Assembly: GCA_963555985.3 (NCBI GenBank)
Contig: OY820591.1
Coordinates: 1,472,001-1,536,000 of the forward strand
Reading direction: 5' to 3'
DNA: 64,000 bases
DNA from: Dehalococcoidia bacterium
Lineage (GTDB): Bacteria > Chloroflexota > Dehalococcoidia > Bin125
Both the position numbers and the translations under genes were made by a program. Of the stretch, positions 45,600-54,848 are shown piece after piece (within the stretch, counting starts at the first letter, position 1; the number at the start of each line of letters is the position of its first letter). The notes under the pieces are model-generated. The model saw only the letters and a list, made by a program, of their open reading frames with translations. It searched no databases and was not told where the DNA came from.

Positions 45600-46570
45600 C
45601 ACTCACTCGCGCTGCCGCCGTACACGTCCAGCGCCTGCGCCAAGGCCGCCCGCGCCCCGAACAACGGCGCGTAGCCGACAGTCACCCGCACCCGGCTGTC
45701 GTCGATCAGGTGCGGACGGCTCGTGAAGCTCACGTAGGAATCAACTCCCGCCGGCGCCGGCAGCGCCCAGTCCGCCAGTCCAACCACGTCCAGCGTCTGA
45801 GCCAACACAGCCGGGGCGCGCCAAAACCGCGGCTCAACGCCCCTGAGCCGGCACGCCTCCACCACCAGTTCGCGCCAGGTCGTATGCGTCGAGGCCACAT
45901 GAAAGACGTTCCCGATCGCTTCCTCACCTTGGTTCAGCAGCGCCCAGACCGCACGCCCCAAGTCGGCCGCAGCCAGAATCGAGATCGGCGCATCGCCGCC
46001 CCGAACCAGCCCGCCGCGCGGGTGGGCGATAAAGTGGCGCAGCACCGTGACCAGCCTGCCACCGCCCCGGCTCAGCACCGGTGCAGGTCGCACGATCGTC
46101 AGCGGTGTCTGCCTCCGATAGGTCCGCGCCGCTCGCTCCGCTTCGACCCGACTCTGCAACGCAGCCCCAATCGGCTGCGGCGTCCAGCTCTCACTCACGG
46201 GCCAGGGCGGCATTCGAGCGCCGTACGCCTCGGTCGTGGAGATGAACAGGAACTGCTCCAGATCACGATGTCTGCACGCATCGAGCAGCGCGGTCGTCGC
46301 GTGCAGGTTGACAGCCGCGTACTCGGAGGGAGCATGACCAATCTCACTCAGCGCGCGGGCGTGCACGACATGGGTTGCATCGGCCAGCGCCTCAGCCAGC
46401 GCCCCTGGTGTATCCCCGTTGAACGTCACGCGGCGTGCGTGCGCTGCCTCCGCCGGCAGCGGCTCGGATTCATCATCCAGGAGCAGCGTCAGCTCCACCT
46501 CCTGCCGCACGAGCTCGCGAAGAATGTCGCGTCCCGGCGTTTGCGCCGCCCCGGTCAGTACGATCCGCAT
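45596..46570 (-). CDS. Extended SDR / NAD-dependent epimerase-like protein with degenerate motifs
   Basis: MRIVLTGAAQTPG, VVHARA, VNLHAT..LL, FISTTEAYG, IVRPAPV; lacks the intact GxxGxxG and YxxxK. Confidence 0.75.
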   Translation of the reverse strand: MRIVLTGAAQTPGRDILRELVRQEVELTLLLDDESEPLPAEAAHARRVTFNGDTPGALAEALADATHVVHARALSEIGHAPSEYAAVNLHATTALLDACRHRDLEQFLFISTTEAYGARMPPWPVSESWTPQPIGAALQSRVEAERAARTYRRQTPLTIVRPAPVLSRGGGRLVTVLRHFIAHPRGGLVRGGDAPISILAAADLGRAVWALLNQGEEAIGNVFHVASTHTTWRELVVEACRLRGVEPRFWRAPAVLAQTLDVVGLADWALPAPAGVDSYVSFTSRPHLIDDSRVRVTVGYAPLFGARAALAQALDVYGGSASEC

Positions 46571-46653
46571 GAGTGGATCGTATCGTCGCGCCGCGCCCGG
46601 CCAGTCCGGCTGATGTGCGTCGAAACGCCGATCAAAACCGGAGAGGAACCCCA

Positions 46654-47442
46654 ATGCCAACGCTCTCGCGCCCTCAATGCGAGCTCTACTACGAGGTCAG
46701 CGGCGACGGTCCAGCCCTCGTCTTCGCTCACGGCGCGGGCGGCAACCACCTCTCCTGGTGGCAGCAGGTTCCGGTCTTCAATACGGCCTATCGTTGCATC
46801 GTCTTCGATCACCGAGGCTGGGGACGCAGCGTCGAATCGCCGGGCGGCCCCGGCCCAGCCGCATTCGTCGACGATTTGCTCGCCTTGCTCGATGCGCTGG
46901 AGATTGAGCAAACGGCGCTGGTTGCCCAGTCGATGGGTGGGCGCACCTGTCTGGGCCTCAGCCTGCGCGCTCCCGAGCGAGTCTCCGCGCTCATCATGGC
47001 GGACACCACCGGAGGTTTCCTCACCGATGCAATGCGCCCGCCGTTCGAGCAGGCCCGCGCCCGACTGCGAGAAGAAGGACTAGCCAGCCTCGCCTATCAC
47101 CCAAACTTGCGCGAACGCGATCCGGCCCTCGCCTTCCTCTACGACGAGATCATGGCCCTCAACCCTCCGCGAGACCCAAGCGCGCTGAACGCCCTCAACC
47201 GCGCCGCTCCGGACCCCGATCAGGTCGCCGCACTCGAGCCTCCAGTGCTCTGGATCGTCGGCGGCGACGACGCAATTCTGCCCCCGGCCGTCGTGCGCGG
47301 GGCGCACGCGCACGTCTCAGGCTCGGAGTACTTCGAATTACCCGGCACGGGCCATTCGGTCTACTTCGAACGAGCAGCAGAATTCAATGCTCGCGTTGGC
47401 AAATTCCTCGCCGATGCCGCTTGGGGAACGGGAATCATCTAG
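46654..47442 (+). CDS. Alpha/beta hydrolase
   Basis: FAHGAGG, DHRGWGRS, AQSMGG, GGDD, GHSVYFE. Confidence 0.92.
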   Translation: MPTLSRPQCELYYEVSGDGPALVFAHGAGGNHLSWWQQVPVFNTAYRCIVFDHRGWGRSVESPGGPGPAAFVDDLLALLDALEIEQTALVAQSMGGRTCLGLSLRAPERVSALIMADTTGGFLTDAMRPPFEQARARLREEGLASLAYHPNLRERDPALAFLYDEIMALNPPRDPSALNALNRAAPDPDQVAALEPPVLWIVGGDDAILPPAVVRGAHAHVSGSEYFELPGTGHSVYFERAAEFNARVGKFLADAAWGTGII

Positions 47443-48791
47443 TCGATTGGCGACCAGACAAGAGCGACCGTGTCCTCCAGCGCGGACTCCTGATACGACA
47501 ACGACGTATCCCAGAGCATGAATCCTGCGCCTCCGGTCTCGGCGGCGGCGACGATCTGCGCGCGAACCCGCTCTGCGTCGTAGTAGAGACCCTGCGCGCC
47601 ATAGTCATGGAAATCCTGGAGCCACGGCCGCACCTGTACCACCCCATACGGCGCGCTGCGCTCCACGGTCGCCTTCATGCTCTCTCGGATCACGATCGCC
47701 GGGTACGCGGGTGGATAGTCGAGATCAAAGTTCCCAGTCGCCCAACCGCTGGGATAGAGCATCGGTGAAACGTAGTCGAGGTACGGGGCAATCCCAGACA
47801 GCGACTGTCCAATCCCTTCGTCAAACGAGCTGATGGATACCTGTCCAAAGGTGTCGAACGAGAGCGCCGCGCCGGCGAGATGAATCGCCTCACTCGCCTC
47901 TCGCGCGAACGCGTTGATGGCGGCGACACGTTCCGCCTCGGTCCCGCGGCCCCGAACGTCCTGATACGGGAATCGTACGTAGTCGTACTGAATCTCCTCG
48001 AAGTACTGCGCTGCGGCCACGCCGATCTCGACGTTGTACGTTCGTGCCGCCGCCGTGTGCGGATTCGACCAGCCGTTGCCGTAGCTGTCCAAGAACCGCG
48101 CCCCGCTGTGCGAATAGAGCGATGCCGTCGGCAGCCAGCTCGGGTATACGCTGTCGAGGAACGTCACCACGCGCCCGATGCGGTAGACGCCCTTGCGCTG
48201 GAGCGTCTCCAGAAACTCGGCGATGTTGGCGCTGTTCCAGGTCGCTCTCATCGCGCGCACGGTATCCGTAGCCGCGAAATCGAAGACGACGCCGTATTCG
48301 TTCTTCACATCGACCACGACCGAGTTGATCAAGCCGCGGTCGACCAAATCGATCACCCACCGCTGCACCCTCAGATCCAGCGCGGACTCAAACGGAATGT
48401 GAATGCCGCGGACGATCAGGTTGTGCAGGATCACGACCACGTTGTCGCGATAGACGGGACGTTCGATCACGCTGTAACCGGGACGTACGATCGAAACCCG
48501 TCCGGTCCGGCTGTGCGGCTCGAAGCTGAAGCGGCCGGACCGGTCGGTTCGTGTCAGAGCGAGGCCGGTTGACACATGTGCGTCGCTAACCGGCCGCAGC
48601 CGACCGTTGCGCCAGACGTAGATGCGCCCACTCAACGAGGTAGTGGCGTTGATCGATTCGCTCGCAGGTTCATCAGCCCGAGTGGTCGTCGGCCATGCAG
48701 CGGCGAGCGCCGTGGCGGCAACGACGCCAATGAGCAGCACCCCGAAAACGAATTGACGAGCGCGAGGCCGACTGAGCAGGAGCGCGTTCAT
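47439..48791 (-). CDS. Secreted putative glycoside hydrolase (DUF4015-like TIM barrel) with N-terminal carboxypeptidase-regulatory-like domain
   Basis: Signal/TM; NSVVVDVKNEYG, FEEIQYDYVRFP, GIGQ, DYVSPMLYPS, RPWLQDF, GFMLW. Confidence 0.82.
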   Translation of the reverse strand: MNALLLSRPRARQFVFGVLLIGVVAATALAAAWPTTTRADEPASESINATTSLSGRIYVWRNGRLRPVSDAHVSTGLALTRTDRSGRFSFEPHSRTGRVSIVRPGYSVIERPVYRDNVVVILHNLIVRGIHIPFESALDLRVQRWVIDLVDRGLINSVVVDVKNEYGVVFDFAATDTVRAMRATWNSANIAEFLETLQRKGVYRIGRVVTFLDSVYPSWLPTASLYSHSGARFLDSYGNGWSNPHTAAARTYNVEIGVAAAQYFEEIQYDYVRFPYQDVRGRGTEAERVAAINAFAREASEAIHLAGAALSFDTFGQVSISSFDEGIGQSLSGIAPYLDYVSPMLYPSGWATGNFDLDYPPAYPAIVIRESMKATVERSAPYGVVQVRPWLQDFHDYGAQGLYYDAERVRAQIVAAAETGGAGFMLWDTSLSYQESALEDTVALVWSPID

Positions 48792-48847
48792 TGGTCGCAA
48801 CTCTCGTAACCGGCTACACCGGTTATGTCTAGCCTAATCGCCCTGGC

Positions 48848-49222
48848 CTATCTGGTCAGGTCTTGTCCCTCACTTTCGGCTACCTCCTTCAGGTTTTGCA
48901 ACCCCTGCCCCGCCGCCGCGACAATTGCGTTGCTTCCTTTACCAAACAGAAACAAATTGCTCAGGCTCCAGCGCAGACCGAAAGGCCGCAGCTCGTCGAT
49001 GATCGAACACCCTTCCTCGTGTGCGACTCGCTGCAATCTGTATGCATGGCGGACATGGAACATGAAGCCCATCCGGACGTCGATGACGAGCGAGCGAGGC
49101 CGCTCCTCCGCAACCAGCACAACACGCCCGTTGTCGATCCCGAGCTGAGCCTCCTCGCGCAACAGCCGCCAAACCGTCGTGATCGGCGCGCCGATCTCTA
49201 GCTGTTCGGTCGCATCGCTCAT
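48848..49222 (-). CDS. SRPBCC/START-like (polyketide cyclase-type) small protein
   Basis: IGAPITTVWRLL start and C-terminal helix GLQNLKEVAE typical of SRPBCC; ATGA overlap with the HAD gene. Confidence 0.6.
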   Translation of the reverse strand: MSDATEQLEIGAPITTVWRLLREEAQLGIDNGRVVLVAEERPRSLVIDVRMGFMFHVRHAYRLQRVAHEEGCSIIDELRPFGLRWSLSNLFLFGKGSNAIVAAAGQGLQNLKEVAESEGQDLTR

Positions 49223-49812
49223 AGACGTTCGTTGCCTCGCTCTAGCCCGCCCAGCGCAGCCGCGAGCTTATCCATGTCGTCGTACCGCATGACCCCGCGC
49301 GGGAAATCGAGCCCCCGGTTGCGCGGCCAGTCCAGCAAGGCGACAGGAATGTCGTTGCGTGCGAGCAATGCGGCAGTCGCAGCATCGTCATCCGCGTGAA
49401 GCGCCACCGCTCGCTCAGCCAACGCTGCCTCTTTGTATCGGGCCGAGCCGAGCGGTCCGCCGTTCATGATCAGTTCGTCCAGGTACGGACTGAATCCATG
49501 CCGCTCTAACCAGGCCTGAGTTTGACCACGCCCTCGTTCATGACGACCAGTCAGAACGATGACGGAGTGAGCTCGCGCCGCTGCACGAACCGCGTCCAGC
49601 GCCCCGCGACGGGGGGGTCTGAGGAGGTATCGCACGCGGTACCAAGTCCATGTGAGCAAATGCCCGATCCAGTTGTCCGCCGCGAAGTCGTCGCTACTCG
49701 CGCGTTGGGCGCTCGTCTGCAACGAAACATCCCGATTGATCGCAGGATTCCAGCCAAACGGCGGATCCGCGAGCACGCCGTCAAGATCGAATGAGATGAT
49801 CGGCAGCGCCAT
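49219..49812 (-). CDS. HAD-superfamily phosphatase (5'-nucleotidase/LNS2-lipin-like)
   Basis: FDLDGVL, LTGR, YK, ADDD motifs I-IV. Confidence 0.78.
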   Translation of the reverse strand: MALPIISFDLDGVLADPPFGWNPAINRDVSLQTSAQRASSDDFAADNWIGHLLTWTWYRVRYLLRPPRRGALDAVRAAARAHSVIVLTGRHERGRGQTQAWLERHGFSPYLDELIMNGGPLGSARYKEAALAERAVALHADDDAATAALLARNDIPVALLDWPRNRGLDFPRGVMRYDDMDKLAAALGGLERGNERL

Positions 49813-49838
49813 CGCTAGTCCTGACAGAGCGACCCGTC

Positions 49839-50825
49839 TTAGGCCCAGCCGTGTTCGCGGTACCAACGCATCGTCGCCCCCATGCCTTCTTCCAGACTTG
49901 TCGTCGGTCGCCAACCCGTGTCGCTAGTCAACGAGGACGAATCGCACAACCACGCGCGTTGGCGCATTTCGATTACTCGCGCCCGGTCGAGCGTAGGCTC
50001 AATTCCGCGGAGCATCGCCCAAGCCTCGGAGACGCGGGCAAAAGCGTGAAACACGCTGGGAGGCAACGATGGAATCAGCAGACGCCGCCCGGTGACCCGC
50101 TCGAGCGTGTTTAGCAAGTCATTCCAGGTGTGCGGACCTCCGTCGCCGCTCGCGTGATAGCGGACAAACGATTGCCCAGGCGCGCTCAACACGGCAGCGA
50201 TTGCCTCAGCCAAGTCCGGGCCGTAGATCGCGTCAACCAGATTCTTGCCGTCTCCCAGCCGCGCCGAGATTCCCCAGCGCGCCAACCGGAAGAAGATCAC
50301 GAGACCCGTATCGGCCGGACCAAAGACCATCGGCGGCCGAATCACAGTGATCTGCAATCCGCGATCAATCTCCTCAAGCGCAGCCTCGCCCGCCGCTTTC
50401 GAGCGACCGTAGGGCGAAACCGGATGTAGAGGCGTCTCGGGCGGCTCTGGCGCATAGCTCGGGGCCGGACCTTGGGCGGCGATCGAGGAAATGTAGATAA
50501 ATCGACTCACCCCCGCACTGGCGGCGGCGTCGGCGAGATTCCGCGTTCCCTCGCCGTTTGCGCGCATGAAGGCATCCTGGCGGACAGCGCGCAGCACCGC
50601 CGCTGCGTGGACGACCGCCTCAACGCCCTCACAAGCCGCCCGAAGTGAGTCTTCATCAGTGAGATCACCAGCGGCGCACTCGTAGGGAACCGCCGGCGTG
50701 GCGTCGATAAAGCTCGTGTCGCTTGTTGGCCGCACGAGCAGACGCAGATCGTGCCCGTGTGCGTGTAATGCGCGCGCGACATGTCCGCCGACGAATCCGC
50801 TGCCGCCGGTCAGAAGTACGCGCAT
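49839..50825 (-). CDS. NAD-dependent epimerase/dehydratase; candidate ceramide/3-ketosphinganine reductase (CerR-like)
   Basis: TGGSGFVG, SSIAA, SPYGRSKAAGE, RPPMVFGPAD; starts 14 bp after the Spt-like gene. Confidence 0.8.
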   Translation of the reverse strand: MRVLLTGGSGFVGGHVARALHAHGHDLRLLVRPTSDTSFIDATPAVPYECAAGDLTDEDSLRAACEGVEAVVHAAAVLRAVRQDAFMRANGEGTRNLADAAASAGVSRFIYISSIAAQGPAPSYAPEPPETPLHPVSPYGRSKAAGEAALEEIDRGLQITVIRPPMVFGPADTGLVIFFRLARWGISARLGDGKNLVDAIYGPDLAEAIAAVLSAPGQSFVRYHASGDGGPHTWNDLLNTLERVTGRRLLIPSLPPSVFHAFARVSEAWAMLRGIEPTLDRARVIEMRQRAWLCDSSSLTSDTGWRPTTSLEEGMGATMRWYREHGWA

Positions 50826-50839
50826 CGCTCGGTTCCGCT

Positions 50840-52126
50840 TCAGTTGATCAGTCTGTGACGGCGACCGGCGTCCGCGAAAATCTCCAGCGCGCGGTCTAAC
50901 TGCTCGTCGGTATGGGTGGCGATGTATGAGGTGCGCAAGATCGCCTGTCCCCTCGGCACGGCAGGCGCGATCACGGCATTCGTGTAGACCCCGTGATCGA
51001 GCAAGTCTTTCCAGAATGCGGCGGTGAGCACCTCGTCGCCCACCCGGATCGGGATGATTGGCGTCTGCGAGTTCGCAATGTCAAACCCGAGCGCTGCAAG
51101 TTCGCGGCGCATCCGCGCCCCGTTCTCCTGCACCCGCTTCACCCGCCACGGTTCTTCGTCGATCAGTTGGAGCGCCGCTAGCGCCGCCGCCGCCGAAGCC
51201 GGCGGCAGCGCCGCCGTGAACAACATCGGACGCGAGAAATGACGGATGTACTCAATCACGATCCGAGGCCCCCCGCAGAAGCCGCCCACCGAGGCGAGCG
51301 TCTTGCTGAACGTGCCGATCGTCAGATCATCAGGCTCCTCCAGGCCGAAGTGAGAGCGCGTTCCGCGCCCGGTCGCTCCGACCGTGCCGATCGCGTGCGC
51401 GTCGTCGACGAGCATCCGCGTGTTGTGCTTCCGGCACACCTCGCGCAGATCGGGCAGGGGCGCCAGATCGCCGCCCATCGAGTATGCGCCGTCAATGATC
51501 ACGAGACGGGCTTGCTCCGGATCGAGGTTGCTCAGCACGCGGTCGAGATGCACCGGATCATTGTGCTGGAAGCGCACGTACTTCCCCAGCGCGAGCCCAG
51601 CTGCGTCGTAGATCGAAGCGTGAACATCCCGGTCAAGTACGGAGACGCCGTGACGGTCCACCAACGCCGACACAGCCCCGAGATTCGCTAGATAGCCCGT
51701 AGAGAACACGATCGCCGCCTCGGACCCGAGAAAGTCCGCCAGCGCCTCCTCCAGTTCCAGGTGGATTGGACTGGTCCCGTTCAACAGCCGCGATCCGGTC
51801 ATTGACGGGCCCCAGCGCCCAAGCGCATCCTGAGCGGCGGCGAGCACATTCGGGTGCCGCGTAAGACCGAGATAGTTGTTCGAGCCGAGCATGATCACAC
51901 GCTGCCCGTCGACGATCGCCTCTGGGCCGTCGTTCACTTCAATCGGCTTGAAGAAGGGATACAGGCCCGCCGCCCGCGCCTGATCAGCGAGCTGAAAATG
52001 CGCGATTCGCGCGAAGATGTCGGGCGAACGCGCGTCCCGTTGACGTCCGTCCATCTCATCCATGCGCAGACCCGCAGCCTCCGCAAGAGCGGTCAATGAC
52101 GGTGTATCCGATTGGCTCTGCGTCAT
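50840..52126 (-). CDS. spt: PLP-dependent alpha-oxoamine synthase, most like serine palmitoyltransferase
   Basis: GLYPFFKPI, LGSNNYLGL, GSRLLNGT..H..LE, HASIYD, DDAH, GTFSKT, RPMLFTAALPP, GVYTN....PAVP. Confidence 0.72.
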   Translation of the reverse strand: MTQSQSDTPSLTALAEAAGLRMDEMDGRQRDARSPDIFARIAHFQLADQARAAGLYPFFKPIEVNDGPEAIVDGQRVIMLGSNNYLGLTRHPNVLAAAQDALGRWGPSMTGSRLLNGTSPIHLELEEALADFLGSEAAIVFSTGYLANLGAVSALVDRHGVSVLDRDVHASIYDAAGLALGKYVRFQHNDPVHLDRVLSNLDPEQARLVIIDGAYSMGGDLAPLPDLREVCRKHNTRMLVDDAHAIGTVGATGRGTRSHFGLEEPDDLTIGTFSKTLASVGGFCGGPRIVIEYIRHFSRPMLFTAALPPASAAAALAALQLIDEEPWRVKRVQENGARMRRELAALGFDIANSQTPIIPIRVGDEVLTAAFWKDLLDHGVYTNAVIAPAVPRGQAILRTSYIATHTDEQLDRALEIFADAGRRHRLIN

Positions 52127-52293
52127 TGCTGTGGAGCCTCCAGTGGGGACGGCCGGAAATCTGCGCGCTGCTTCGTCATGCGAGTGTAAGCGACTTTAGG
52201 CGACGCTCGTTCCTCATATGCAAATCGACCGCAACGTGCGAGTCATATGGCAGAGTGAGGGCGGCGTACCGGGGCTCGGGTTTGGTGGACTCG

Positions 52294-53097
52294 ATGCGGA
52301 TTGACCTCAAGTCCGCCGCGATGCTTGCGGCGACCGCGTTTGCGCTCCTGATCGTCTTCGGCGCTGTTTGGCCCGGGCATGGCGTCTGGTTGCTCGCCCT
52401 GGCCTTGGTGCTCTGTGCCGCCGCTGCCGTCCTCTGGCTTCGAGAGACGCAGGCGGAGAGTGCGTCGCAAGGAGTGCCAACCGCTCACTTTTCGCCATTC
52501 GCAGACGCGGTGGCGTACTCCAGAAGCGCTAATCGTCCGCCGAGCTTTTCGCGATCGCACGCCCTAACGCCCGCACGAGGGATTCCGCTGGCAGCGCTTG
52601 TCGCCGCAATCGGGGCGGTAGCGCTAGTCCTCTATGTCGGCGGCGCAACTGCCGGGAGTGGAGAGGCCGCGCAGCAGGCGATGACTCTTGGCTCGGACGT
52701 CGAAGTCATCGATCGCCACTCCACAGATTTCGGAACCGGCAGCACTCAAACGGGAACCGGAGACCCCGGCTCGAACAGCGAAGTGAGCAGCGAGACGGCC
52801 ACGGCCCCGTTACGCCCAATCGTGGTCGAAGATCCCAGCGGTACGACCCCATTGAGCCAACGCGGCGGACAGTTCGCCACAACCGCAGAGTCCACTAGAA
52901 CGGACGATGAATCCGCAGCCGGAACACTGACGCCCGATCCGGATACGTTCACCTACATCGTCGAGTCCGGGGACACGCTCTGGGACATCGCTACTCGATT
53001 CGACCTCGATGTGTCTGTGCTCATCGACCTGAATGGTCTCTCCAACGCCGATCTACAGATTGGCGACGAACTGGAGATCCCGGAACCGGCGGATTAG
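52294..53097 (+). CDS. Membrane protein with C-terminal LysM domain
   Basis: Three TM segments; YIVESGDTLWDIATRFDL....LIDLNGL..ADLQIGDELEIP. Confidence 0.85.
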   Translation: MRIDLKSAAMLAATAFALLIVFGAVWPGHGVWLLALALVLCAAAAVLWLRETQAESASQGVPTAHFSPFADAVAYSRSANRPPSFSRSHALTPARGIPLAALVAAIGAVALVLYVGGATAGSGEAAQQAMTLGSDVEVIDRHSTDFGTGSTQTGTGDPGSNSEVSSETATAPLRPIVVEDPSGTTPLSQRGGQFATTAESTRTDDESAAGTLTPDPDTFTYIVESGDTLWDIATRFDLDVSVLIDLNGLSNADLQIGDELEIPEPAD

Positions 53098-53106
53098 GCG
53101 CGTTCC

Positions 53107-53997
53107 TCAGCTATGCAGCCGATGCTGCACGATCTGCGCCGCGCGCGCCTGTTCGTCGGCGTGGTAAGAGCTTCGCACCATCGGCCCGCACTCAGCGTGA
53201 AGGAATCCCAGCGCGAGCGCCTCCTGACGAATCTCGGCGAACTCGTCCGGGGTGAGGAATCGAGCGACTGGCAGATGACGCTGCGTCGGTCTCAGGTACT
53301 GCCCGACCGTGAGCAGATCGACATCCGCTGCGCGGATATCACGCAGAAGTTCAGTCACCTCCTCGCGGGTCTCGCCGAGCCCAAGCATGAATCCGGTCTT
53401 GGTCGGGATGCTTGGCTTATGTCGCCCCGCGCGGGCGAGCAACTCCAGACTGCGCGTATAGCGCGCTCGATGGCGAACGCGCGGATAGAGGCGCTCAACC
53501 GTCTCGACGTTGTGATTGAGCACCGTCGGCCGGGCTTCCAACACGCTGTCCAGCGCTGCCCAGTTGCCCTCAAAGTCCGGGACCAGCACCTCGACTGATG
53601 TCTGGGGCCGCCGCCGCCGAATCTGGCGGATGCACGCGGCGAAGACCTGCGCCCCGCCGTCCGGCGCGTCGTCGCGGTTGACGGAAGTAATCACCACGTA
53701 GTTCAGGCCGAGTTGGTCGACTGTTTCCGCGAGCCGAGCCGGCTCGCTCCAATCAATCGCCGCAGGCCGCCCCGAATTCACCGCGCAGAAACCGCAGGCG
53801 CGGGTACACGTGTCGCCCAAAATCATGAACGTCGCCGTGCCGCGATTGAAGCACTCTCCAATGTTGGGACAGTGCGCCTCCTGACAGACCGTGTGCAACG
53901 CTTGACCGCGAAGCAGCCGGACGATCTCGGAGTAGCGCTCCCCGCTCGGGAATTGCGCCCGAATCCAGCGCGGCTTCGGCTCGAAACGGCCGCTCAT
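53107..53997 (-). CDS. lipA: Lipoyl synthase
   Basis: TVCQEAHCPNIGEC, CTRACGFC, NHNVETV, GQYLRP, VRSSYHA. Confidence 0.97.
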   Translation of the reverse strand: MSGRFEPKPRWIRAQFPSGERYSEIVRLLRGQALHTVCQEAHCPNIGECFNRGTATFMILGDTCTRACGFCAVNSGRPAAIDWSEPARLAETVDQLGLNYVVITSVNRDDAPDGGAQVFAACIRQIRRRRPQTSVEVLVPDFEGNWAALDSVLEARPTVLNHNVETVERLYPRVRHRARYTRSLELLARAGRHKPSIPTKTGFMLGLGETREEVTELLRDIRAADVDLLTVGQYLRPTQRHLPVARFLTPDEFAEIRQEALALGFLHAECGPMVRSSYHADEQARAAQIVQHRLHS

Positions 53998-54704
53998 GTC
54001 GTGCCCAACCGTAGCTCGACCGGCGCGAGCCGCAGCCCCAGCACCGTTGCGAATGCGCGCTCAAAGCACGGCACCACCTCAGCGACCGTGAGCTCACAGC
54101 CTGTCTCTTGCCACAACGAAGTCATCTCTACGCCAACGATGCCGCAGGCAGTAATCGCGTCGAACCACCCAAGCTCCGTGTTGACGTTCAGCGCCAAACC
54201 GTGCCGACTCACGCCCGCTTTGACGCGAACCCCGATGCTCGCCAGCTTGCGGCCCTCCACCCACACGCCCGGCCGACCGCGCACTCGCTCGCCGCTCACG
54301 CCGAAGGCGGCGGTAGTCTCAATCACCGACTCCTCAAGCGAGCGGATGTAGCGCCTGATCCCGATCCCTCGTTCACGAATCCTCAATAGCGGCCATGCGA
54401 CCAATTGGCCCGGACCGTGAAAGGTTAGGTCGCCGCCCCGGTCGGTATCGACCAGCGGCGCCCGCAGGTCGCCCTCGGGGACAAGCAAGTGCTCGCGCCC
54501 GCCGCGACGTCCTTGTGTATACGTCGGCGCATGTTCCAGGATGGCCACAGCCTCGGGAAGAGATCCTCTGACGATCGCTTCCGCACGCCGGGCCTGCCAC
54601 TCGCTGGCGGCGCCGTACTCGATGCGCCCGAGCTGCCCCACCTGAACGATTTGCGAACGTTCGAAGACGGGCGCTGATCCGCTGGCGATCGACGATTGGG
54701 ACAT
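53994..54704 (-). CDS. lipB: Octanoyltransferase
   Basis: LEHAPTYTQG, DRGGDLTFHGPGQLV, KLASIG, HGLALN, ITACG. Confidence 0.96.
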   Translation of the reverse strand: MSQSSIASGSAPVFERSQIVQVGQLGRIEYGAASEWQARRAEAIVRGSLPEAVAILEHAPTYTQGRRGGREHLLVPEGDLRAPLVDTDRGGDLTFHGPGQLVAWPLLRIRERGIGIRRYIRSLEESVIETTAAFGVSGERVRGRPGVWVEGRKLASIGVRVKAGVSRHGLALNVNTELGWFDAITACGIVGVEMTSLWQETGCELTVAEVVPCFERAFATVLGLRLAPVELRLGTT

Positions 54705-54848
54705 GAACTGATACCAGACGCCGCTCGGTGAGCGTTGGGTTAAGTGTAGGCCGCGACAACTGCATCCAGCCCTGAAGATGGTCTCTGTTTGGCTAGACTG
54801 ACCGCAGCGCCCGCCCCGCTCAAGAGCGCGACGCTTGCTGGATGAACG

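Noticed and set aside
50840-52126. BioF or Kbl annotation
   Set aside because: Not excluded but disfavoured: no biotin or threonine dehydrogenase genes nearby, and the motifs and CerR-like neighbour fit Spt better.
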